Below, one piece after another: positions 10,101 to 16,518 of a stretch of DNA of 19,450 nt (its first letter is position 1; each line of letters starts with the position of its first letter). The DNA comes from Pedosphaera sp. Its GTDB lineage: Bacteria > Verrucomicrobiota > Verrucomicrobiia > Limisphaerales > SIBH01. The position numbers and the translations under genes are program-made. The DNA lies in the NCBI GenBank assembly GCA_031414955.1, contig JANOQV010000085.1:1-19450 (forward strand), written 5' to 3'. The notes below the pieces were generated by a model. The model was not told the origin of the DNA. It did not search any database and saw only the letters and a list, made by a program, of their open reading frames with translations.

Positions 10101-10284
10101 GGATCTCGATCAGGTCGGCGTACTGGCCGTCCTCGTCCGTGGCCACGCCCGCGTTGTCCGGGACAAACTCGGCTATGAACGGATCGGCGGCGCGCAGCGG
10201 CAGCACGGCGAGCAAGGGCACGAGCAGGAGCAGACGACACAGGATTGTCACGTCGGCAAAAGACGACTTAACGGAGTTACGCAT
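4120..10284 (-). CDS. Giant secreted multidomain protein (~2054 aa): lamin-tail domains, F-type lectin/discoidin domain, Fn3-associated/CHB_HEX_C-like domains, CotH kinase, three Ig-like domains, Ca-binding DxDxDG repeats
   Basis: The ATG at 10284 is followed by a signal peptide (LCRLLLLVPLLAVLPLRA). Four LTD-like repeats (IAEF..DLIEIQN; LTEVMYHP..EFIELKN; INEVLTH..DFIELFN; LNEVMYNP..EFIELRN). CotH motifs IRGGASR, KHSFRVYF, YLNGQYWGLY, DNLIDYML, NNWY, NNDCE. Also IYYTLDGSDPR, Ig repeats (QPSSRSVVQGSNTTF..YQWKFNG) and DFDGDG twice. Confidence 0.9.
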   Translation of the reverse strand: MRNSVKSSFADVTILCRLLLLVPLLAVLPLRAADPFIAEFVPDNAGVATDEDGQYADLIEIQNPNATPFNLAGYYLTDNPLQLTKWAFPPVTLPGNGFLVVYASAKNRTADTNRLHTNFQLNKDGGYLALVKPDGSNIVNAFANYPAVKEDVAFGIAQKLIVTQPLAATVPQVLVPTNAPGLPADWNQLSYTPDSAWTNGVAPPSVGYDTNQTGGVPVNVAPSGTAIQSTTYNGTTYPATLAINNNFLDFTHTASTDNNAFWQITLTNEMAIYEVVLFNRGGGCCQWRLRDITISIITTNLAGSVTNWISPLLNPENTLNGPAYLTNNLVTLTGGPVQGRTIIVHRTPDPDNSGIGTGTAQDDQNVLSMGEVVITASLGSGLQPYFTTDIKNLMYQKNPSAFVRMPFVSTNTPDTLTLNVRYDDGFVAYLNGTEIARRNAPVGLAFDSTATADRALTNATVQESIDLSASIPLLLNGTNLLAVHVLNHSVANGDALFQPQLIATRVQQVTNVFLDQVTMGAFNDVIWYLDYVKDTHFSIDRGYFTNAFSLSITSGTPDALVYVSFNGDEPGPGKGFLYTNAFTITNTTVVRTRAFKTNWKPSDVDSASYLFVADIIQQAKTWPAGGPPQYFPATWGANAVDYGMDPQVVTNYTLAQWYEAFYQIGTMSIVTEMTNLFDAATGIYANAVGQGDIWERPISLELISPTNAVQGRFQENAGLRIRGGASRSSGFYKHSFRVYFRKEYGAGKLKYPLFEDEGADEFDVFALRTSQNYSWPRNDNSTQDTMVREVFARKTLGDMGQPYRRSRYYHLYLNGQYWGLYETDEHPAASYGETYFGGQKDNYDVVKNHDRYTSPPAAFSTEATAGNLIAFSNLWTMCRTHAAAPTQSNYFRILGRDPDGTRNTNLPVMVEVDNLIDYMLSIFYTGDGDATLSAFLANNRPNNWYGMRDRTNSNVGFRFFNNDCEHTLGSPNSQVDRTGPFRDAAGSNIGNFLYANPQYLHEDLMWSPEYRQRFADHVQRHFFNGGALTLQAGTNRFIAKAQQITKAIRAYSARWGDPITDTIPRAPYGEADWTNTLNTILTTWFPPRAGIVLQQLRVDQLFPSNSAPNFSQNGGAVSAGYSLVISSTNVSGVIYYTLDGSDPRAIGGAVAGSALAYGGPIVINSPTLVRARVLSGGLWSAILEFTFYPPQDLSKLVLTEVMYHPPDVGLSDGDDFEFIELKNAGTNTLSLDGIKFTTGITYTFPGGTALGAGQFIVLARNAAQFAVKYPSVTIHGTYGGALNNAGENVTLSHALGTKILSVNYGDLTPWPITPDGLDFSLVPKDPNANPDYDNAANWRASSLLGGSPGADDPALIIPLVVINEVLTHSETTNDFIELFNTTTNIVDVGGWFLTDNPGVPKKFRIPDGTFLAPLGFTYFDESQFNPTPGTNESFSLNAGGDDVYLFSGDVNTNLTGYSHGFSFNAAADGESFGRHVISTGEEQFPAQVEQTPGNANAGPRIGPVILNEVMYNPAGPLYEFIELRNVTTNPVALYDPANPTNAWRLNGLGYNFPTNLTLPPLGFLLIARTNVTAFTNFYFVPPGVQILAPYAGQLQDSGERLELQRPEMPGTNGLAYITVDEVRYNDKAPWPPAADGSGPSLQKRSPLLYGNDPVNWTAAAPTPGSDFAGGDEPIVSTQPSSRSVVQGSNTTFTVGVSGTAPFSYQWKFNGANLPDATNAALTLANVQPSQGGAYSVFVFNGAGTTTSSNATLIVLLPVAFTISPTNQITVEPGTNVTLVSLAVGNGTVRYQWRFEGTNLLNATNASHSFSNVSLAFGHGNFSVVAVDDISIATSTNAQVFVRVRPGITLQPMPQQVIQGGSAMFICVATGAPPILYRWLTNGVGYVTNTSGILLFPNAQVNFSVRANPVNAAGNVNSSTVALTVLRDFDGDGIADIWETNYFGFSTNNNADGLIDFDGDGLINRDEYVAGTNPTNALSVLRLVPSATNAHTLQFVAQTNRTYTIVCRTNLSGAPWTGVTNIFPSITVRTVTVESAVSPALNPERYYRVLTPMIP

Positions 10285-10420
10285 AGGATTTCCAATTCGT
10301 TTGGGATTGGGAGGAGTATGTACGCTCTGGTGTCGGCTCGTCCACTCTTGGCTACACGTAACCGCAGTGGGCCACCGTGCTGTCGGACCGCGGCAAGCCG
10401 CGCTTGCGGCCAACCGACGA

Positions 10421-10449
10421 TTTGGCCCGGCCCGCCATTAGCTTACAAT
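10421..10449 (+). promoter_or_regulatory. Putative sigma70-type promoter (TTGGCC-N16-TACAAT) of a leaderless gene
   Basis: TACAAT at 10444-10449 lies 7 nt before the ATG at 10457; TTGGCC is at 10422-10427; no Shine-Dalgarno sequence precedes that ATG. Confidence 0.45.
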
Positions 10450-10456
10450 TCCAGAC

Positions 10457-10741
10457 ATGGGAATCCCTTTGACGATGATTGCACGCAAAACCACTTACGC
10501 TCTGGAGGTTTATCAACTGCCCCGGCCTTTCCGCTCCATGGACAGTGTCACGGGCGCGACGCGACTGCACAGTTATGAGTCATCCACGGACTTCGGAGCT
10601 TTCCACAAAGGCGACACCTTCAGTGACAGCCAGCCCACCAAATACCTGGGGACCATCCAGCAGGTGCATCATTGGCTGGGCGAGGGCGAAGGGCCGGATC
10701 TGGTGCATCGCACCGTGCTCTACTTGTTCAACGAGGGGTGA
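10457..10741 (+). CDS. Small hypothetical protein (94 aa; alternative start 10475)
   Basis: Fills the gap between two large minus-strand genes, has globular-protein-like composition and mostly G/C third positions, and has a promoter-like -10 immediately upstream. No family recognised. Confidence 0.6.
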   Translation: MGIPLTMIARKTTYALEVYQLPRPFRSMDSVTGATRLHSYESSTDFGAFHKGDTFSDSQPTKYLGTIQQVHHWLGEGEGPDLVHRTVLYLFNEG

Positions 10742-10755
10742 GCGAAGGAGCGTAG

Positions 10756-10852
10756 GGTAGGGCGACGCTGTCCTCAGCGCGCCGGAGTGAGGTGTGGGCT
10801 GTTCGATGGCGATTTTCCGATGCGCGGCACGGTGAGGACAGCGCGCCCTACC
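10756..10852. repeat. GTAG-family REP doublet in inverted orientation (REPIN)
   Basis: GTAGGGCGACGCTGTCCTCAGCGCGCCG (10757-10784) matches the reverse complement of 10825-10851 (GTAGGGCGCGCTGTCCTCACCGTGCCG), with a 40-nt spacer. Each copy is GTAG plus a GC hairpin with a TCCT loop. It lies between convergent genes. Confidence 0.85.
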
Positions 10853-10897
10853 ATCACCGGCCTTCCACACGGATCTGGCCCAACCGCATTTCCTCGC

Positions 10898-12463
10898 TCA
10901 AGGCTGGCGCAGCTTCGCCCCGCCGTTGCCTTCCTCCACGTAGAAGGCGCCGCCGAAGGTCGTGGTCTTGAGATACTGCTCCCAATGCCGCAGGCCGATG
11001 GTGCGACTGGCCTTCACGGTCTCGGTCCTGGGCTTGCCGGAGGGTGCCTGGCCGCCCACGAGCGCCTCGGAGAGCACGCGGCCATCCATGGGTTGCGGCG
11101 GCTTGACGCCGAGGATGGAGAGAATGGTCGGCGCCACGTCGGCATTGCTGGAAGGCAGATCGTTCACCAACCCCGCGCGGAAGCTTGGCCCGCTGCCGAT
11201 GAGCGTGTTGTGCATGTCGAAGCGGCTGAGCGAGGCGTGCGTGCCCGCCCCGCGCTTGCTGCCCTCGCTGAGCACGTAGCCCGGCGCGCCAAACTCGTTG
11301 ACCTCTTCGGTCCATTTGAAGGACACGAGCAGATCGGGGGCGGTGTCCGCCGCATCCATGCGCACGGAGGCGAGCGGAAAGGTTCCCGCCAGGGGAGTGC
11401 GCGACATGATCACGCCGGCGAACTCGGAATTTTGCAGGAAGTCCACCAGCTTGCGGATGACTTCCTCCTGGCGTTCCACCACGTAGAGCATCGCACTGCC
11501 GCCGAGACCGACGACCATCACGTCGCCCGGTTCGGCATCCTCGAACTTCTTCGTCGCCTTGAAGCCCTGCTTCTTGAGGATGTCCGCCAGATCGAAACCG
11601 CGCGCGATGGTCGAGAAGCCGTGATCGGACACGACCAGCACGTCGGTCTTGTCGCGAATTTTTTTCTCCTCGAGGGATTTCAGAATGGAGGCGAGGCGCT
11701 TGTCGCTGCTTTCCAGCGCGGCCAGCGCGTTGTCCGAGCCGGGGCTGGCGTTGTGTTGCGAGGCGTCCGGCTCGCTCAACCAGACGGTGGTGAACTTGGG
11801 CACCGATTTCTTCCAGGCCACTTCGCGCAGCGCCTTCACCGTCCACTCGTCGCGGCCCGTGTTGGGAATGGAGTTGGTGGGGAATTTCTTGTCGTTCACC
11901 TTCTCCACGTCGTCCTGGAGCGAGGAGGGCATCACGCGGCCGTTGTAAATCACCACGGAATCCTTGCTCGCGCCCGTGGGCTTGCGCTGGGCCCGGTCGT
12001 GCAGCAGCGCCACCGGCTTGGTCCCCGCGATCACGGTGGGGATGTTCGCGGCCTGGAGAATCTCCGCCACGGTGGGCACCCGGATGTATTTGCCGCCCGT
12101 GGCCAGGTCGCCACGGCGAATCATCTCCAACCCCTCGGTGGCGTTAGGCCCGAGCCAGCCGATCTCGGGCCGATACTCGCTGTTGGCGACGATGCCGCTG
12201 CGGTTCGGATAACAGCCCGTGGCCAGCGAAGTGCCGTTTACTTCCGTGGAACTGACATAGATGGAATGATGATTGGCAAAGAAGGTGCCCTTCTGAGCCA
12301 GTTCATAAAGCGTGGGCGTGTATTGCGCGCTCACGAAATCCGGCCTCATGCCATCCCAGACCACCAGCACCAGATGCTCGGCCTTCTCGGCGGCGGCCCC
12401 GGCCGCAGTCCAGAACAACGAGCCAACACATGTAACGAGACTGCAAATAATCCGAGCGTTCAT
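10898..12463 (-). CDS. Alkaline phosphatase superfamily protein (nucleotide pyrophosphatase/phosphodiesterase-like), secreted
   Basis: Signal peptide; VVWDGMRPD; S-T-EVN..SLATG (Thr nucleophile position); EPDASQH, VSDHG and GTHAS metal ligands; NADVAPTIL..LG...MDGRVL. Confidence 0.9.
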   Translation of the reverse strand: MNARIICSLVTCVGSLFWTAAGAAAEKAEHLVLVVWDGMRPDFVSAQYTPTLYELAQKGTFFANHHSIYVSSTEVNGTSLATGCYPNRSGIVANSEYRPEIGWLGPNATEGLEMIRRGDLATGGKYIRVPTVAEILQAANIPTVIAGTKPVALLHDRAQRKPTGASKDSVVIYNGRVMPSSLQDDVEKVNDKKFPTNSIPNTGRDEWTVKALREVAWKKSVPKFTTVWLSEPDASQHNASPGSDNALAALESSDKRLASILKSLEEKKIRDKTDVLVVSDHGFSTIARGFDLADILKKQGFKATKKFEDAEPGDVMVVGLGGSAMLYVVERQEEVIRKLVDFLQNSEFAGVIMSRTPLAGTFPLASVRMDAADTAPDLLVSFKWTEEVNEFGAPGYVLSEGSKRGAGTHASLSRFDMHNTLIGSGPSFRAGLVNDLPSSNADVAPTILSILGVKPPQPMDGRVLSEALVGGQAPSGKPRTETVKASRTIGLRHWEQYLKTTTFGGAFYVEEGNGGAKLRQP

Positions 12464-12561
12464 TGGACGGGGACGATGCGGAGAAGACCTCCGCGTGGCT
12501 AGGAAATTACTGCTTCGGCCGGGGGCTCGCCCAGGTGGACCATTGCCACCCGGAGGGGGGC

Positions 12562-12774
12562 TTATTCGTCCGCCTGAAGGAGCGCCCGCGCCTCCTCGGC
12601 TTCTTCCTCGGGGACTTGCACGAGAATGCCGCCGGCGGCCAACGGCCCGCCTTCCAGGCCGAGTGCCGATTGGTCGTGTAACAGGGTCACGAGGAACTCG
12701 GCGGCCTCGAGACGGGAGCGAACCACGTCCGCTTCGGTGGGATTGAAGGACCTGAAAATGGTGGCGAGCTTCAG
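12562..12774 (-). CDS. DUF2007-like small protein (putative signal-transducing protein), 70 aa, probable CTG start; absent from the ORF track
   Basis: Manual translation: (M)KLATIFRSFNPTEADVVRSRLEAAEFLVTLLHDQSALGLEGGPLAAGGILVQVPEEEAEEARALLQADE*. This fits the DUF2007 pattern (EA.....LE..G/F....; v.V.eed.e.A..LL). The CTG overlaps the upstream TGA as CTGA at 12771-12774. Confidence 0.8.
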   Translation of the reverse strand: MKLATIFRSFNPTEADVVRSRLEAAEFLVTLLHDQSALGLEGGPLAAGGILVQVPEEEAEEARALLQADE

Positions 12775-13790
12775 GCCGCGACCGCTTCGGTCTGTTTCAC
12801 TTCGGCGAAAATGATCACGCCGGCTCCGGTTTGCAACATGCTCGAGACTTGCACGTAGGCGACCTGCCCGACGAGGTGCTGGGCCTGGTTGATGACGACC
12901 ATGGTGCCGTCATTGAGGTAGCCCAGACCCTGGCCCTTTTCCTTGCCCTCGCGGGCGATGCGCAGGTGCAGGATTTCGCCGGGCAAGATGACCGGCTTCA
13001 GCTTGGTCGCGATCTCGGCCACGTTCACGCAGGGCACGGATTGGAGTTCCGCGACCTTGGCCAGGTTGAAATCCGTGGTGAAGAGTTTGCCGCCCACCGC
13101 CTTGGTCAGCCGCACGAGTTTGCCATCCACTTCCTTCTCCTCCGGGAAATCGCCTTCATGGATCTTCATCTCGTTGCGCGTGCCGTGCTGGATGCGGTTG
13201 AGCATGTCGAGACCACGGCGGCCCCGGGCGCGGCGTCCGGCGTCGGGCGAGTCGGCGATGCCTTGCAGCTCTTGCAAAACAAAACGTGGCACGATGATCA
13301 ATCCCTCGATGAGCTGGGCTTCGATCAGATCCACCACGCGGCCGTCGATGATGGCGCTGGTATCGACCACGAGCGGGTTCTCCGGCTTGCTCTGGGAGGC
13401 GAAGCGCACGTAGGGGATGATGAGCGAGAAGTCCTCCTTGTTGCTGCGCATGGCCAGGATGATGCCGAGGTAGCCGAAGCCCAGGAAAAGCCCGAGCCGG
13501 ATGACCCATTGGGCGTTGGGGCTGGCGGTCTCGAACAGTTGCGAGGCGTTCAACAGCCAGGCGATGAACGTGCCCAGAAGCAACCCGAAGGTGACGGCGG
13601 AAAAGGCGCGGAGGGAAAAGCCCTTGAGCATTTCATCCACCGCAATCACCAGCCCGCCCAGCCCGAAGCCGATGGCCAGACCGTAGGCCGGCCCGTAAAC
13701 CAGGTTGGGGTATTTCTGGCTCACCGCGTAACCGGCCACGGTGCAGAGGCAGAGGAAAAAAATGCGGATAGCCCAGAGCGAGGTCTTCAT
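12771..13790 (-). CDS. Membrane-anchored PIN/TRAM domain protein (YacL-like putative RNase)
   Basis: About four N-terminal TM helices; PIN motifs VDTSAIIDGR, FVLQELQ, RGRRGLDML, VDGKL, TTDFNLAKVA; TRAM region GKEKGQGLGYLNDGTMVV..QTGAGVIIF. Confidence 0.92.
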   Translation of the reverse strand: MKTSLWAIRIFFLCLCTVAGYAVSQKYPNLVYGPAYGLAIGFGLGGLVIAVDEMLKGFSLRAFSAVTFGLLLGTFIAWLLNASQLFETASPNAQWVIRLGLFLGFGYLGIILAMRSNKEDFSLIIPYVRFASQSKPENPLVVDTSAIIDGRVVDLIEAQLIEGLIIVPRFVLQELQGIADSPDAGRRARGRRGLDMLNRIQHGTRNEMKIHEGDFPEEKEVDGKLVRLTKAVGGKLFTTDFNLAKVAELQSVPCVNVAEIATKLKPVILPGEILHLRIAREGKEKGQGLGYLNDGTMVVINQAQHLVGQVAYVQVSSMLQTGAGVIIFAEVKQTEAVAA

Positions 13791-14758
13791 TTGGACTGGG
13801 TCTTGCCCGAGTAAACGGGCGGCGTCTTGTTGGGCGGTTCCTTGGGCTTGTAGAGCAGTCCGTAGCGATTGAGGTTGCTGCCCAGCACCGCGAGGTTGCT
13901 GACGGTCAAGGACAGGTTGGAGCGCATGTCCTCGTCCTTGAGGAGGCCGCCGACCATTCCTTTGCCAGATTGCATGTCCGCCGTCATAAGTTTGAGATCC
14001 GCCGTGGCGGCGCGAAGGTTTTTCATCGCTTCGTTCAGCTCCACCTTGTTGGTGAGGATCGTCTCATCCACATCCATCGCCACTTTATCGAGCTTGCTTG
14101 AGAAATGGAGCAGGTTGGTCAGGGAGAGGGCCAGCACGGGCCGGCTGTTGGAAATCATGCCCGAGGCGTTATCCATCAGCCCGGCGGCGCGGGCCGAGGC
14201 GCTCTCGAAATGCTGAAAGGTGAGCGAGAGGTTGGACAAGGTGCGGGTGTCGAGCACCTGGTCGTTGAGACGCGTGACCGCCTCGTTCACGGTCGCGCCC
14301 AGTTGCTCGAAGCGCTTGATCAGGCTGTTCGCGGACTGGGCCACTTCCTGGAGGTTGAACGGCTCGGTGCCCTCCACCACGTCGCCGTCCTTAAGCAAAG
14401 GCTCTTCGGGTGAGCCGGGCGTGACATTCACAAACTGGTCCCCCAACACGCCCTGCTGTTCGATGACGAAGCGGCTGTCTTTGCGCAGTGGAAACTCCGC
14501 CAAGATGGTCAACTCTACGGTGACGCCCTTGTTTTTGTGATCGAGTTCAATGCGGGTGGCGTTGCCGATGCGCACCCCCGAGAGAGACACATCCGCGCCT
14601 TCCTTCAAGCCCGCCACACTGCGTGTGGTCATGGTGACATGGTACTTGCGTTTGAAGAGCCCGGCGCTGCGGCTGAAGTTCAGCAGCAGCCCGGCGATCA
14701 GCGCCAGGCCGATGAATACAAACAGCCCCACCTTGCCCGCGTGACGTTTCTCGTTCAT
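13787..14758 (-). CDS. mlaD: MlaD/MCE domain protein with long C-terminal helical region
   Basis: N-terminal TM (KVGLFVFIGLALIAGLLL); MCE motifs GLKEGADVSLSGVRIG and IEQQGVLGDQFVNVTPG; coiled-coil tail and GKGMVGGLLKDE. Confidence 0.88.
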   Translation of the reverse strand: MNEKRHAGKVGLFVFIGLALIAGLLLNFSRSAGLFKRKYHVTMTTRSVAGLKEGADVSLSGVRIGNATRIELDHKNKGVTVELTILAEFPLRKDSRFVIEQQGVLGDQFVNVTPGSPEEPLLKDGDVVEGTEPFNLQEVAQSANSLIKRFEQLGATVNEAVTRLNDQVLDTRTLSNLSLTFQHFESASARAAGLMDNASGMISNSRPVLALSLTNLLHFSSKLDKVAMDVDETILTNKVELNEAMKNLRAATADLKLMTADMQSGKGMVGGLLKDEDMRSNLSLTVSNLAVLGSNLNRYGLLYKPKEPPNKTPPVYSGKTQSK

Positions 14759-14759
14759 G

Positions 14760-15500
14760 TCAGTCTCCTTCTTTCTCCGAAATTCCGTTCACAAAGTTAT
14801 GCACCACCGGATCGCTGGAACTGAAGATTTCCTCCGGCGTCCCCTCCACGTAAATTTTCCCTTCCCGCAGCATGACGATGCGCTGCCCCACCCGCCGCGC
14901 GCTCCGCATGTCGTGGGTCACGACCACGGTGGTCACGTTCAGGCGGTCACGCACGCGCACGATCAGCTTGTCGATGCTGTCCGAGACCACCGGATCGAGT
15001 CCCGTGGTCGGCTCGTCGTAGAGCACGATCTCGGGGCGATAGACGATGGCGCGGGCCAGGCCGACGCGCTTGCGCATGCCGCCGGAAAGTTCCGAGGGCT
15101 TCTTGTTCTCGATGCCGGGCAACTCGACCATTTCCAGCGCCTCGGACACGCGGCGATTCAACTCGGCGGGGGCCAGGTTTTTTTCGCGGCTGAGCGCGAA
15201 GCCCACGTTCTCCGCCACGCTCATCGAGTCGAAGAGGGCCGCGCCTTGAAACAACATGCCGAACTTGTGGCGCACATCGATGAGCCGACGTTCGTCCATG
15301 CGCACGATGTTCTCGCCGTCGATGATGACCTCGCCCGAGTTCGGTCGCATCAGGCCCACGAGGTGCTTGAGCAGGATGCTCTTGCCGCCGCCGCTGCTCC
15401 CGATGATGACCACGGATTCGCCCTCGCCAATCCGGAGGTTCACGCCGTCCAACACGGTTTGGGAGCCGAAGCTCTTCTTCAGGTCGCGCGCTTCGATCAT
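14760..15500 (-). CDS. mlaF: ABC transporter ATPase, MlaF/Mkl family
   Basis: Walker A GSSGGGKS, FQGAALFDSM, signature LSGGMRKRVGLARA, Walker B LYDEPTTGLDP, VTHD. Confidence 0.95.
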   Translation of the reverse strand: MIEARDLKKSFGSQTVLDGVNLRIGEGESVVIIGSSGGGKSILLKHLVGLMRPNSGEVIIDGENIVRMDERRLIDVRHKFGMLFQGAALFDSMSVAENVGFALSREKNLAPAELNRRVSEALEMVELPGIENKKPSELSGGMRKRVGLARAIVYRPEIVLYDEPTTGLDPVVSDSIDKLIVRVRDRLNVTTVVVTHDMRSARRVGQRIVMLREGKIYVEGTPEEIFSSSDPVVHNFVNGISEKEGD

Positions 15501-16270
15501 GTCGCGGGCAGGACGCGGTTCAGGAACAGGGTGAGGAAGAAGTTGCTGATCAACACGGTGATGGACGAATAGACCACCGCCTCCGTGGTGGCCCGGCCCA
15601 CGCCCACCGCGCCCTCACCGCAGGTCATGCCTTTGTGGCAACTGATGACCGAGATGATGCCGCCATAGGCCACGGACTTGATCAGGCCGGTCAGCACATG
15701 GATGGCTGAGGTGTACTGGAGCATGTTCGACCAGACGTAGGTGCGGTCGATTTTGAAATAATACACGGCCAGCAGCCAGGCCGCGCCGATGCCGAGCGAA
15801 ATCGAGATCGCCGTCAACACTGGCATGGCGATGAGCGTGGCCAGCACGCGGGGCAGGACGAGGTAATCGACCGGATGCGTGGCCAGGGTGCGGAGCGCGT
15901 CGATTTGCTCCGTCACTTTCATGGTGCCCAGTTCCGCCGCGAGCGAGGCCCCGACCCGGCCCGCCACCATCAAGGCCGTCAAGACCGGTCCTAGTTCGCT
16001 GCTCATGGAAACGCTGACCAGCGCGAGCGTGCCGGTGTCCATGCGGACCTTGTGGAACTGAAAATAGGTTTGCGCGCAAAGCACCATGCCGGTGAAGGCG
16101 CCGGTGATGAACACCACCGACTGGGATTTCACGCCGATGTGGTAAAGCTGATAGGTCAGGTCGCGCCGGGACAACTTGCCCGAGAACAGGCCGCGCGCGA
16201 CCTCGCGCACCAGCAAAGCCAGTTCGCCCAGTCCCGTCATCCAGCCCCGAACATCCAACACGGTCAACAT
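15497..16270 (-). CDS. mlaE: MlaE/YrbE family ABC transporter permease
   Basis: ELGPVLTALMVAGRVGASLAAELGTMKVTEQIDAL..LVLPR and GAVGVGRATTEAVV; ATGA overlap with mlaF. Confidence 0.95.
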   Translation of the reverse strand: MLTVLDVRGWMTGLGELALLVREVARGLFSGKLSRRDLTYQLYHIGVKSQSVVFITGAFTGMVLCAQTYFQFHKVRMDTGTLALVSVSMSSELGPVLTALMVAGRVGASLAAELGTMKVTEQIDALRTLATHPVDYLVLPRVLATLIAMPVLTAISISLGIGAAWLLAVYYFKIDRTYVWSNMLQYTSAIHVLTGLIKSVAYGGIISVISCHKGMTCGEGAVGVGRATTEAVVYSSITVLISNFFLTLFLNRVLPAT

Positions 16271-16479
16271 GCGTCCGCACCAATAACAACCGCTCTGGGC
16301 GATTTCCAGTCATTGCGTGCTGGAATTAACCCGGAGCGACTTCTACTAAACGCGGCGGGACCGGGAAAGTTCCGGCGGGAAAGAAAAGGGATGCGGCCAG
16401 AGCGCGGAAAGCCCTCGCTCCATTCCCCTCGCCGCCGCTCTCGGCCGCTGTTCGTATCCGACCTGTAACATGGAATCAC

Positions 16480-16508
16480 TTGCCCTCCGCCAGCACGCGT
16501 CACAAACT
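16480..16508 (+). promoter_or_regulatory. Possible sigma70 promoter for the GST-phoH pair (TTGCCC-N17-CAAACT)
   Basis: TTGCCC at 16480-16485, 17-nt spacer, CAAACT at 16503-16508, 10 nt before the ATG at 16519. Consensus match only. Confidence 0.3.
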
Positions 16509-16518
16509 CCGCGCGTCG

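Noticed and set aside
10285..10413. Upstream extension of the giant ORF from the TTG at 10413
   Set aside because: The signal peptide follows the ATG at 10284, and the extension lies in the divergent promoter region.
7624..10578. 984-aa plus-strand ORF (also 4078-5613, 10787-12502, 12831-13814, 14757-15572 on +; 8-655, 16264-17190, 17085-18326 on -)
   Set aside because: Antisense shadows of well-supported genes, expected from high-GC codon bias; no recognisable motifs.
12463..12814. Plus-strand small ORFs 12463-12681, 12312-12746 and 12626-12814
   Set aside because: Antisense to the better-supported DUF2007-like gene.
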